This document shows, one piece after another, positions 1-8,177 of a stretch of 55,482 nucleotides of DNA. The notes beneath the pieces were generated by a model, which was not told the DNA's origin, searched no databases, and worked only from the letters and a program-made list of their open reading frames with translations. Each line of letters begins with the position of its first letter. Positions within the stretch are counted from its first letter, which is position 1. Origin of the DNA: Candidatus Saccharimonadales bacterium (GTDB lineage: Bacteria; Patescibacteriota; Saccharimonadia; Saccharimonadales; SZUA-47); contig JBBQVE010000010.1 of assembly GCA_038211855.1 (NCBI GenBank), positions 1 to 55,482 of the forward strand, given 5' to 3'. The translations under genes and the position numbers were made by a program.

Positions 1-74
1 TGGCTGGGGATGAGGGATTCGAACCCCCGATCATGGAACCAGAATCCATTGCCTTACCACTTGGCCAATCCCCA
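1..74 (-). tRNA. tRNA-Gln (anticodon CTG)
   Basis: Reverse complement folds as a cloverleaf: acceptor stem TGGGGAT/ATCCCCA, anticodon arm ATGGA-TTCTGGT-TCCAT, T-loop GTTCGAATC, encoded 3' CCA. Confidence 0.97.
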
Positions 75-196
75 TTGGTTAGCTAGGGTATTTTAGCTTT
101 TACAGGGGTAAAAAGCAAGTTTGATCATTCATACATTTTGAAGTGGCCGCGGGTCACACTGACGGATAAAATGAGACTACTGATTATTCCGATCGT

Positions 197-1705
197 TCAA
201 TAGCCAGAGAAGTAATCGGTCTTGATGTGCCTGCGTCGTACTCCAGAGGAGGTCAGGATTTTGCGGGCCGCTATGACCATCTGATTGGGTCCTGATATGT
301 AGCACTGTCGATCCTTGTAATCGGGGACTGTGCGAGCCAGCAACTCTTGAGTGAGGTGGCCAGACTCCCATTGCCAGTTTGGAGGAACATTCGGTCCGCT
401 GAGAATATAAACTGTTTTTAGACCAAAGTGGGTTGCCGCTTGCAGTACGTCGGTATACACAAAAGCTTGGCTATTGGAAACAACATATAGCAATAAGATA
501 TCACGCCTTTGCTGAGTGTCGACGAGATACTTTAGCATGCTGCGGAAGGGGGTAATGCCAATGCCTCCGGCTATGAATAATAGCTTGGAGGTAGGATTTT
601 TAGGAAGTAAGAATTCGCCGGTAATCTGGCTTCCATAGAGGTAGCTACCTTCTGGCATTGTGGCTAACGAGGCCTTAAAGCTACTGGAAGGTGTGCTGAA
701 CTTCATTGCAAGGCGAACGGTTGGTTCGGTTGGTGATGAGGCAATCGTAAAACTACGGCGGTTGCCACGACTGTCGGGTCGTATATGTGGCACGGTAAGT
801 TCAGCGTACTGGCCGGCGTGGAAGTGAAACGGCCGTTCAGGTGCAAAGGTCAGCTCATAAACGCCACCACTCAGCTCCTGCCGACCGAGTAGGCGCAGGT
901 GCAATCGCTGACGCATAACGGTAGCGTACGAAAACACATTACCCAGCACCAAAGCAACTTCAGGCGTGCCATAGAGGCGGCCAATATGCAGGCCTGCCGC
1001 AAAAATAACGCCGACGATTGCTCCATAAATCAGCTGGAGGCGATATCGTGGTGGCATAGTGAGCGGCTCGGTTAGCATTATGGTGCCCATAAACATTAGT
1101 GGCCAGGAGAAAACGACGCTTTTTATGAGCACAAGGCTGAGATCGCCGTCTATGAAATGTTTAAAGAGAATGATGCCTATCGTTGTTACGAGGAACGACA
1201 TGAACATTCCGTAGCGCCGAACTTTATGAAGTACCAACAATCCCAAGATAATCACAAAGACTGTCATATATTGGCTGGCAATCCACCAGCTAGCGCTCCC
1301 AAGCCCCAACAAGCTGACGATAACTGCCGCACCAGCCGCCGGGTTGAAGATCAGTCGTTGCCGATAGGCAAGTAAATACTTAGAAGCCATAGCAATAGTG
1401 GCCACTACGGCGAGCTCGGCCACCTCCAGCCAAGTGGTCGGTGGCGAAAAGATGCAAAATAAAATAAGCCCGGTAATCAAACTGGACTCGGCGGTACTGA
1501 CAGCACCATAGATGGTTGCAAACAATTTTTGAGCAAGGTAACAACTGCCAACCAGGACCGCAGCACTGCCAAGCAGACCGTAAGGCGAAAACGACAGTTT
1601 GTGGGTAAATGCTCCGACGACCGCTGCTACCAGCAGAACCAACAGCCCATACAGCAACAAACGGTACATCGTGATATGGTTCAGGAATTTATCTATGTAC
1701 TTCAT
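197..1705 (-). CDS. NqrB/RnfD-like membrane domain fused to a ferredoxin-NADP reductase-type FAD/NAD-binding domain
   Basis: Multi-TM N-half with RnfD-like motifs (AMASKYLL..IFNPAA, MLTEPLTMP); C-half has FNR motifs RSFTIASSP, FIAGGIGITPFRSM, YISGP and a terminal DYFSGY. Confidence 0.85.
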   Translation of the reverse strand: MKYIDKFLNHITMYRLLLYGLLVLLVAAVVGAFTHKLSFSPYGLLGSAAVLVGSCYLAQKLFATIYGAVSTAESSLITGLILFCIFSPPTTWLEVAELAVVATIAMASKYLLAYRQRLIFNPAAGAAVIVSLLGLGSASWWIASQYMTVFVIILGLLVLHKVRRYGMFMSFLVTTIGIILFKHFIDGDLSLVLIKSVVFSWPLMFMGTIMLTEPLTMPPRYRLQLIYGAIVGVIFAAGLHIGRLYGTPEVALVLGNVFSYATVMRQRLHLRLLGRQELSGGVYELTFAPERPFHFHAGQYAELTVPHIRPDSRGNRRSFTIASSPTEPTVRLAMKFSTPSSSFKASLATMPEGSYLYGSQITGEFLLPKNPTSKLLFIAGGIGITPFRSMLKYLVDTQQRRDILLLYVVSNSQAFVYTDVLQAATHFGLKTVYILSGPNVPPNWQWESGHLTQELLARTVPDYKDRQCYISGPNQMVIAARKILTSSGVRRRHIKTDYFSGY

Positions 1706-2640
1706 GCTAGTGGGGTTTCGCTCGTGAATATCTCGCCAGGGAAATTTGGTGAGTAAGCATAACTGCTATCATCATACACAATCAAGTAATAAAAGCTGAA
1801 CTGCTTGAGGAGACGAGCCGGCTCGACGAAGAACAGGCAGGTCGCCATTCCGTCAGCCAGGAGTGTACTATCGGCGATGGTCCACACAGCTTTAATATGA
1901 CGCGGCGACTGAAGGCTACGTGGATCGAGAATATGGTGGTACTCACCCCACACCCGCTTGTTGCCAGCTGATCCGCAAATGGCTTGGTTCGCAAGATGAA
2001 CAACACCGAAGGCTTGGCTGGCATCATCCGGATTCTCTAGCCCAACCGCAATCACAGCCTGGTCTTGGTCGTGGTAATACATATCGCCACCAGCGTCGAC
2101 ACAGTATTCATCTGCACCGCTTGCGGTTAGTAGTTGGCTGACAATATCCACGAGGTATCCCTTACCGGCCGCGCCAAAATCCAGCAACGCCGGCTGGGTC
2201 AGCGTGAGTATCGGCTCTGTATAGCTCAGAACGTCTTCCCAAGTCGGGGGTTGGTGCATCGGCTGAGGTGTGAGCCGGTACTTTGCATCATAGCCAGCCT
2301 CGCTCAGCGGTTGACCGATTAATGGCGTGACGGCGCCGTCCGTCAGTGTATACATAGAAGTGTAGAGTTGTAATAGTTTTGCGGCGTCTGGTGGGAATTC
2401 GTAGCTTCCTGCCTTCTGACTCATTTCCCATACAAGTGAATCGTCGCGAAATCGAGAATAAACCTGGTCGAACTGCTCAATCCGGTCAGTGATTATATGC
2501 TGGAGCTGCATCCACTGTTTCACAGGCAGTGCAACATCAATCTGCCAATGAGTACCTATCGCCTCAAAATGCCAGCTCTGTACCGACCCGTTAGCTGTGG
2601 GCTGAAACGCGGATTTGGTCAAGTGCATCATTAAATCCAT
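1702..2640 (-). CDS. apbE: FAD:protein FMN transferase (ApbE family); start uncertain, overlaps upstream gene
   Basis: ApbE motifs FEAIGT, YSRFRDDS, LDFGAAGKGY, VDAGGD, HHILDPRS, ADGMATCLF. Confidence 0.92.
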   Translation of the reverse strand: MDLMMHLTKSAFQPTANGSVQSWHFEAIGTHWQIDVALPVKQWMQLQHIITDRIEQFDQVYSRFRDDSLVWEMSQKAGSYEFPPDAAKLLQLYTSMYTLTDGAVTPLIGQPLSEAGYDAKYRLTPQPMHQPPTWEDVLSYTEPILTLTQPALLDFGAAGKGYLVDIVSQLLTASGADEYCVDAGGDMYYHDQDQAVIAVGLENPDDASQAFGVVHLANQAICGSAGNKRVWGEYHHILDPRSLQSPRHIKAVWTIADSTLLADGMATCLFFVEPARLLKQFSFYYLIVYDDSSYAYSPNFPGEIFTSETPLA

Positions 2641-3268
2641 TCGGTGTTAAGGACGCAGACGATATTTTAGATAAGGTCAAGTTGGCCAGCGGCTTGCCGG
2701 TGACATAAGGCTTATAGTTTGCGATAAATTTATTGTCATAATTCTTAGAAGTCGGGTCAGTATTGGCTGGAACGGTGACCGTTGAGTCAGTGATCGCATC
2801 TTTAGAAACAGTAATGCTGACATTTAGATGATTGGTTACGCCCGGTGCGGTAAATGTGCCGACTGCCGAGTAAGTACCGTCTTTGTACGTGTAGCTTGGC
2901 GCCGGTGTGGGTGTTGGCATCGGTGTTGGCGCGGAGCTGGGAGTCGGCTGTACTACAGGGCTAGGCGAGACAGCTGTAGTCGTGTGAGAGGTTGAAGACG
3001 GTGATGTTGCGGTTGCCAGTATCGGAGCAGATGATGGTGTGGTCGTCGCGTTTGTTGCTGTTTGTTTGGAGGCGTTCGGCGCTTCGGTTGCTATTGTGGT
3101 CTGCGAAGGTTTTTGACTCACAACAATGTTAGATTGTTTAACCGCGGACTCTCGACTGTGGAGTGCGCGGACACTGCCGACCATAACAGCCAGCACGATC
3201 AAGGTCAGACATCCGGCGACTATCGGATTTGTTTGTTTTTTAAGCAAGATTTTCGTCGCGTTCGCCAT
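2591..3268 (-). CDS. Membrane-anchored FMN-binding domain protein with Ser/Thr/Pro-rich linker
   Basis: N-terminal TM helix, long PT/ST linker, C-terminal YKDGTY...ISSASLT..GFNDAL domain typical of FMN_bind flavinylation substrates; adjacent to apbE. Confidence 0.8.
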   Translation of the reverse strand: MANATKILLKKQTNPIVAGCLTLIVLAVMVGSVRALHSRESAVKQSNIVVSQKPSQTTIATEAPNASKQTATNATTTPSSAPILATATSPSSTSHTTTAVSPSPVVQPTPSSAPTPMPTPTPAPSYTYKDGTYSAVGTFTAPGVTNHLNVSITVSKDAITDSTVTVPANTDPTSKNYDNKFIANYKPYVTGKPLANLTLSKISSASLTPNGFNDALDQIRVSAHS

Positions 3269-3683
3269 CTAAATCAATGCTCTCGCTCTGGCCTTGGGGC
3301 GTCAAAATCTTATCGACGAGTTTGTCGATGTCGTCATCGCGAAGATCAATCTTCACCGTGTAACCTTCGATGCCGTACTCACGGAGTCCCGCTGGGGCGT
3401 CTTGTTCGTTTAAGTTTGAGATGATATATACACGTATGTCTTTGCCCCAATCGGTGGCGCGCATACGTCGTAGGACTTCATCGCCCGCAATACGCGGCAT
3501 CATAAGGTCCATCAGCACGAGTGCTGGTTTTTCGCGTTCGATGACTTCCAACGCTTCTTGACCGTCATAGGCGCAGAAACACTGGTAGCCGATTATCTCG
3601 AGGCGAGTTTTATATATATCGGCCAGCGCCGCGTTGTCCTCTGCTATAACAATTTTTTGTGGCACAGCTTGTTGATCATCCAT
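3240..3683 (-). CDS. Single-domain response regulator (receiver only)
   Basis: IAEDN, LMDLMMPRIAG (phospho-Asp), IISN and the conserved Lys; no output domain. Confidence 0.9.
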   Translation of the reverse strand: MDDQQAVPQKIVIAEDNAALADIYKTRLEIIGYQCFCAYDGQEALEVIEREKPALVLMDLMMPRIAGDEVLRRMRATDWGKDIRVYIISNLNEQDAPAGLREYGIEGYTVKIDLRDDDIDKLVDKILTPQGQSESIDLDGERDENLA

Positions 3684-3698
3684 ATATCTATCATACCA

Positions 3699-4148
3699 CT
3701 ATTCATTAAATTTTTTAACAAGTTCGAAGAAATCAGTGTGAAGTGAAGCACCGTCTTTGGTGGTCTCACAAATAAAGGACGTGCCATGCGGGTGAATACT
3801 ATCGCGGAGGATGCGCAATACAATCAAGAACATGGGAGTTTGCAGGTGATTGGCAATACGTTCTAGCTTGTCTACAAACTTTTTTACCAGTTCGTTTTGG
3901 TGTATCGTCATGTTCGGTCGCGCCATATCGATGAAGGACTTCGCAAACATACTAAGAACTAGTCCTATGGTGAGAATAATAATTAGCGGGGCAAGTAACA
4001 GCAGCCACCAAGAATTCATGGCAGTCAAGTCGATAGCGATTGCTAAACTTATAAGACTGATAAGTCCAATAGGAATAATCAAAGACTTGAACCTTCTCAA
4101 CACAAATTCCATACTAATCGCGCGAATTAGGGTAACTTTCGGCTTCAT
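3699..4148 (-). CDS. Hypothetical membrane protein (2 TM)
   Basis: Two hydrophobic segments; start moved to MKPK (4148) because TATACT lies 6 nt upstream of it. Confidence 0.65.
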   Translation of the reverse strand: MKPKVTLIRAISMEFVLRRFKSLIIPIGLISLISLAIAIDLTAMNSWWLLLLAPLIIILTIGLVLSMFAKSFIDMARPNMTIHQNELVKKFVDKLERIANHLQTPMFLIVLRILRDSIHPHGTSFICETTKDGASLHTDFFELVKKFNE

Positions 4149-4207
4149 GTGTCTAGTATAACCCGTGCAGGAAGTCACTGGCTGGATGCTAAGCTTAGTA
4201 CTAACAT

Positions 4208-5386
4208 ATGAAGATTTTTGATACTTCCCAAAAAGACTATGTGACGTTCGAGAAGAAGCCGATTATAAAGATATATATTTGCGGCATTACACCGTACGAT
4301 TCGGCGCATCTTGGTCATATTTTTACATTTATGACCTACGATATCTTACAGCGATATCTAGAAGATGAGGGTAGTGAAGTTCAGCTGGTACGAAATGTGA
4401 CGGATGTTGATGAGCCGATCTATACACGGGCCAAGTCACTGGGTATCAGCTATAAAGAACTCGCTAAAGCAGAAACAAACTCATTTCAATCAGTCATGGC
4501 GCGACTGAACTTTCGCACACCATATGCAGAACCACTGGCCAGCGAATACATACCAGAAATGGCTGAGGCGGTTGATAGACTCCTTAAAACGGGCTTCGGA
4601 TATAGGTTAGAAAGCGATATATATTTTGATACAAGTAAGGTTGCGGAGTTTGGTAAGTTCTCAGGATTTAGTGAACGCCTGAGACTCACATATATGCGTC
4701 TGCGTGGCGGTGATCCTGAGCGTGCTGGTAAGCGTCAGCCACTCGATTTCTTGTTATGGAAGGGGATTACTGATGAGCACGATCCGGCCCGCTGGGAGAC
4801 GGTAGTCGGTAGCGGACGCCCCGGGTGGCATATCGAATGTACGGTGATGTCTGATACGATTTTGGGCATACCTTTTGATCTGCACGGTGGTGGTACTGAT
4901 CTAATATTTCCGCATCACGAGAGCGAAATCGCGCAAAGTTTTGGGTTGCATGGTGAGGCGCCTGCCCGGCATTGGATGCATGTGTCACCCCTGTTTCATA
5001 ATGGTGAAAAGATGAGTAAATCGCTTGGTAATCTTGTATTTGCAAAAGACCTGTTAGAACATTTTGATGCCGATACGATTCGTTTAGCCCTGATGCATTA
5101 TCATCGGCGCATAGGCGGTGAGTGGCAGTCCGAACTGCTTGATGAGGCCAGTCGTGTGCTGGACTGTTGTACTCAAAAAGCCGCCGCTTGCTCGCCGAAC
5201 CAGGCTAAAAAACTATTGGTGCATATCAAAAATGCGATCGAAGACGATGTGAATACCCTCGAAGTCATTATCGGCCTTCATAATTTTATCGAATCTAAGA
5301 AATACAACGTAAAAACAAGCGAGGCTACGAAAACTGTTTTGAGCCGCGCATTCAACATCCTCGGCCTGACCAGCATCCAAAGCTAA
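4208..5386 (+). CDS. MshC-like cysteine ligase (CysRS paralogue lacking the anticodon-binding domain)
   Basis: CGITPYDSAHLGH, RGGDPERAGK, GRPGWHIEC, GGGTDLIFPHHE and KMSKS; 392 aa, shorter than a full CysRS. ITPY and RGGDP are MshC-type signatures. Confidence 0.8.
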   Translation: MKIFDTSQKDYVTFEKKPIIKIYICGITPYDSAHLGHIFTFMTYDILQRYLEDEGSEVQLVRNVTDVDEPIYTRAKSLGISYKELAKAETNSFQSVMARLNFRTPYAEPLASEYIPEMAEAVDRLLKTGFGYRLESDIYFDTSKVAEFGKFSGFSERLRLTYMRLRGGDPERAGKRQPLDFLLWKGITDEHDPARWETVVGSGRPGWHIECTVMSDTILGIPFDLHGGGTDLIFPHHESEIAQSFGLHGEAPARHWMHVSPLFHNGEKMSKSLGNLVFAKDLLEHFDADTIRLALMHYHRRIGGEWQSELLDEASRVLDCCTQKAAACSPNQAKKLLVHIKNAIEDDVNTLEVIIGLHNFIESKKYNVKTSEATKTVLSRAFNILGLTSIQS

Positions 5387-5408
5387 CACAGCAAAGTAAA
5401 TTCTACAA

Positions 5409-5438
5409 TTGCAAGTGCTACACATCGCACGGTATAGT
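5409..5438 (+). promoter_or_regulatory. Putative sigma70 promoter
   Basis: TTGCAA (5409-5414), 18-nt spacer, TATAGT (5433-5438). Confidence 0.55.
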
Positions 5439-5522
5439 CGAATCATAAATTAATGGTTCGCGGTATTTCTGTCACCTCGTGTTAGCCGCGATGAGGAGGT
5501 TCTATGTCAGACACTGTCTATT

Positions 5523-5553
5523 AATCAATCCATTATTTGGATTGATTTTTTTT
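5523..5553 (+). terminator. Intrinsic terminator directly upstream of ORF 5583
   Basis: AATCAATCCA-TTATT-TGGATTGATT perfect stem running into a T tract. Confidence 0.8.
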
Positions 5554-5582
5554 ATCATTTATTTTTTTGAAAGGCTACTAAT

Positions 5583-5939
5583 ATGACACCAACAGCAATT
5601 AAGACATTTCCTTGGGGTGGAGAACTTTACCTAGAAATCGCGCTCAATAAAAAATCGGCAAACAAATTTTACGCTCGTCACGGTAAGACGAACGAGGGCA
5701 GGGAATACATCGAATTTTCTAAATTTGGACCTATTCCAAATGGTGAAGGCGCCACCTACATTCAAAAACTTCGCCTCTTTACTGCAGTGCAGTGGGCGCA
5801 ACTGAAGCACTATGTCGAAAAAGAGTTAGCCTTTTCAATAGGCTGGGATATCAAAGCGGCCGAAAAAGAGTTTGAAAAGTCGCAAAAACAAGCTAGTAAG
5901 TCGCAAAAAGTTGTAGGCGAACTGGCTCCCGAGAACTAA
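5583..5939 (+). CDS. Hypothetical protein, possibly PC4/PUR-like single-stranded nucleic acid-binding fold
   Basis: 118-aa ORF with SD-like GAAAGG; four short aromatic/basic strands followed by an amphipathic helix. The fold is inferred only. Confidence 0.6.
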   Translation: MTPTAIKTFPWGGELYLEIALNKKSANKFYARHGKTNEGREYIEFSKFGPIPNGEGATYIQKLRLFTAVQWAQLKHYVEKELAFSIGWDIKAAEKEFEKSQKQASKSQKVVGELAPEN

Positions 5940-6112
5940 GATATGAACTGAGCTCTATGCTGGCGGCTTCCGCACCACGCAACATCAAGGTATTTTGGAC
6001 AAAGGTTTTCGCCACTTGGCGGGATTGAAGCCCGAATAATGCGAGAAATATGTAGTTGTAGTGTGGGCTCATTCGTTCCAGCTATGTACAGTGTAGGACA
6101 GTGTAAAATAGA

Positions 6113-7636
6113 CTATAAGCCTTTGTTATAGAAATCGAGCGACTTTATATAGTGGTTCAAAAATAGAGGTGTAATAACTTTTTTGGCTGCGTGATTAAGC
6201 ACTTGTATCTGTCTGTTATTGGGCCAATACCAGGCGTCGCTACTGTAATAAATGAAGCTGCTTGCTCCGCCGCCCTGGAGGAATAAAAGAAACGTGATGC
6301 CAAGCAGCACTGCCTTGGCTTTGACTCGTACGACCAGTAATCGTTTGTATGCTTGTGCGATAAAGACAAAGAAAAAGGGTAGAATTGGTATCAAGTATCG
6401 TCCGTTTATCGCGACTGCTTGACCAAGATGCAAGTAGTCATGATAATTGCGTCCCCACAGCGAAGCAACATACACCAGTGACACGAATAAAATGAGCCTT
6501 AGCACGGGATCGGCTTTTAAAATTTTCCTGCCATAGATACACGCCAAAACACTACCGAACGCGCCGACTAAGATGACAGTGATTCCAAGCAGTGGCGCCA
6601 CGAAGTTCTGATAGTTATTAACTGGCGCGTGGCCGTTAATCACAAAGTACAAACGGTTGAACATGCCGCCCACCCATTGCAAGGTATAGAGAATCGGATT
6701 TGGGTTGACGCCCTTATTGTGGATAGCAGCCTGATAGTTGCGATACCACGGTGAGTAGGCCCGACAGCGTGCATATCCTACCACCTGACCACATTGGGGC
6801 ACGGGATTATGATATTTAAAGATATTGATGCCATAGGTGTAAATAAAGAGTCCTACTGAAAGAACCAGTAAGGCCGCAAAAACGATCATTCTAATCTTAC
6901 TGATGGAATAAAGATTTTTGAGTAGTGATTTTTTAAATGACCTACGGTAGGCCAAATAAAAGCGTACAAGAGCGTAAATAAAGTAGAGAGTAAAAGCAGT
7001 GAGAAACGGTAAGAAGGTAAATTTTACTAGTGAGCCAACTAGACCGATGGTTACAAAAACGAGTGCGGAGGTAAGGTCAATCGACTTTTTGTGGAGACCT
7101 TCACGAAAACGGATCAGATACAGTAGCCCGACAGCGAGCAGAAGATTTTGCAAGTTGTCATAGTTGATGGTCGCTGCTAAAAACGGGACGACCGGCGTGA
7201 GTATAAAAAACAGGAACGTGGTGTTGATAACCGCTGGACTGGCTTTTGTTTTTAGTAGCACCCTTCGGATGATGATGATACTTGCGCCAAAAAGGGCGAT
7301 ATTTATGAGGCGGAGTATGGTAATGACGCTCATTTCACTCAGGTGCCATCTCATTAGTAAACGATAAGGAATACTCATCAACCAGTGATAGAGATAGGAT
7401 GGGTCGCGGGTCAGTGCGCCATACTGAGCGACACCAGCCGGCTGATGCGTAAAAATCGGGCTCCATTGCAAGGCATGCAATTTTATGAGACCAATATGAT
7501 ATTGTTCATCAAACGCCATTGGATAACGTGACGAGATTGCGAGCCATAGGGCACTCATTAGAAAGATTGTAAGAATCGCCGCAAAAAAAGTATTTGAGCC
7601 TATAAAAACGACAAGACGACGATAAGTGCTGGGCAT
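6113..7636 (-). CDS. Polytopic membrane protein, probable GT-C fold (PMT/ArnT-like) glycosyltransferase
   Basis: About 11 TM segments; FDEQYH loop after TM1, INYDNL, NGRYLIP. Start placed at MPST (TATTAT 7 nt upstream). Confidence 0.7.
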   Translation of the reverse strand: MPSTYRRLVVFIGSNTFFAAILTIFLMSALWLAISSRYPMAFDEQYHIGLIKLHALQWSPIFTHQPAGVAQYGALTRDPSYLYHWLMSIPYRLLMRWHLSEMSVITILRLINIALFGASIIIIRRVLLKTKASPAVINTTFLFFILTPVVPFLAATINYDNLQNLLLAVGLLYLIRFREGLHKKSIDLTSALVFVTIGLVGSLVKFTFLPFLTAFTLYFIYALVRFYLAYRRSFKKSLLKNLYSISKIRMIVFAALLVLSVGLFIYTYGINIFKYHNPVPQCGQVVGYARCRAYSPWYRNYQAAIHNKGVNPNPILYTLQWVGGMFNRLYFVINGHAPVNNYQNFVAPLLGITVILVGAFGSVLACIYGRKILKADPVLRLILFVSLVYVASLWGRNYHDYLHLGQAVAINGRYLIPILPFFFVFIAQAYKRLLVVRVKAKAVLLGITFLLFLQGGGASSFIYYSSDAWYWPNNRQIQVLNHAAKKVITPLFLNHYIKSLDFYNKGL

Positions 7637-7717
7637 TATCTTAATAATACTATTGTATTTAGAATAGGCATAAGCTTTTCTCAAGGACTATACTTAGAAT
7701 ATAAAAAGGAGTGTAGT

Positions 7718-8098
7718 ATGATTGACGCCAGCAAAGCATTTAGTGGTTTTTCGGTGAAAGATTTAGTCGAGGCCAAAAAGTTTTACGAAGATGTGCTTGG
7801 ATTAGAAGTAGAAGATACGGGGATGGGGCTTCAACTTAAAGTAGGTGCGGGTAACCCGGTATTCGTGTATAACAAGGATGATCACGAAGCAGCGAGTTTC
7901 ACGCTTCTAAATTTTCCCGTTGAGGACATTGACGAGGCGGTTGATGAGCTGACGACCAAGGGCGTCGTATTCATACAATATGCTGGCATGACCGACGAAA
8001 AGGGTATTGCTCGTGGTCGTTCCGCCAATCGTGGTCCGGATATCGCGTGGTTTAAAGATCCTTCAGGCAATTTCTTATCAGTAATGCAAAACGACTGA
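7718..8098 (+). CDS. VOC family (glyoxalase/bleomycin resistance) protein
   Basis: FSVKDLVEAKKFY, LNFPVEDID, AWFKDPSGN; SD AGGAG. Confidence 0.92.
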   Translation: MIDASKAFSGFSVKDLVEAKKFYEDVLGLEVEDTGMGLQLKVGAGNPVFVYNKDDHEAASFTLLNFPVEDIDEAVDELTTKGVVFIQYAGMTDEKGIARGRSANRGPDIAWFKDPSGNFLSVMQND

Positions 8099-8177
8099 TT
8101 CGGCTCTTGAAATAATTCGTGATTCCAAAACTTTTGGTATATCATAAGCGTAGTTAATTGAGGGTACAGTAGGAGCC

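Noticed and set aside
1-200. tRNA-anchored integrative element
   Set aside because: The tRNA 3' end faces out of the window; no integrase or duplicated tRNA end was seen inside it.
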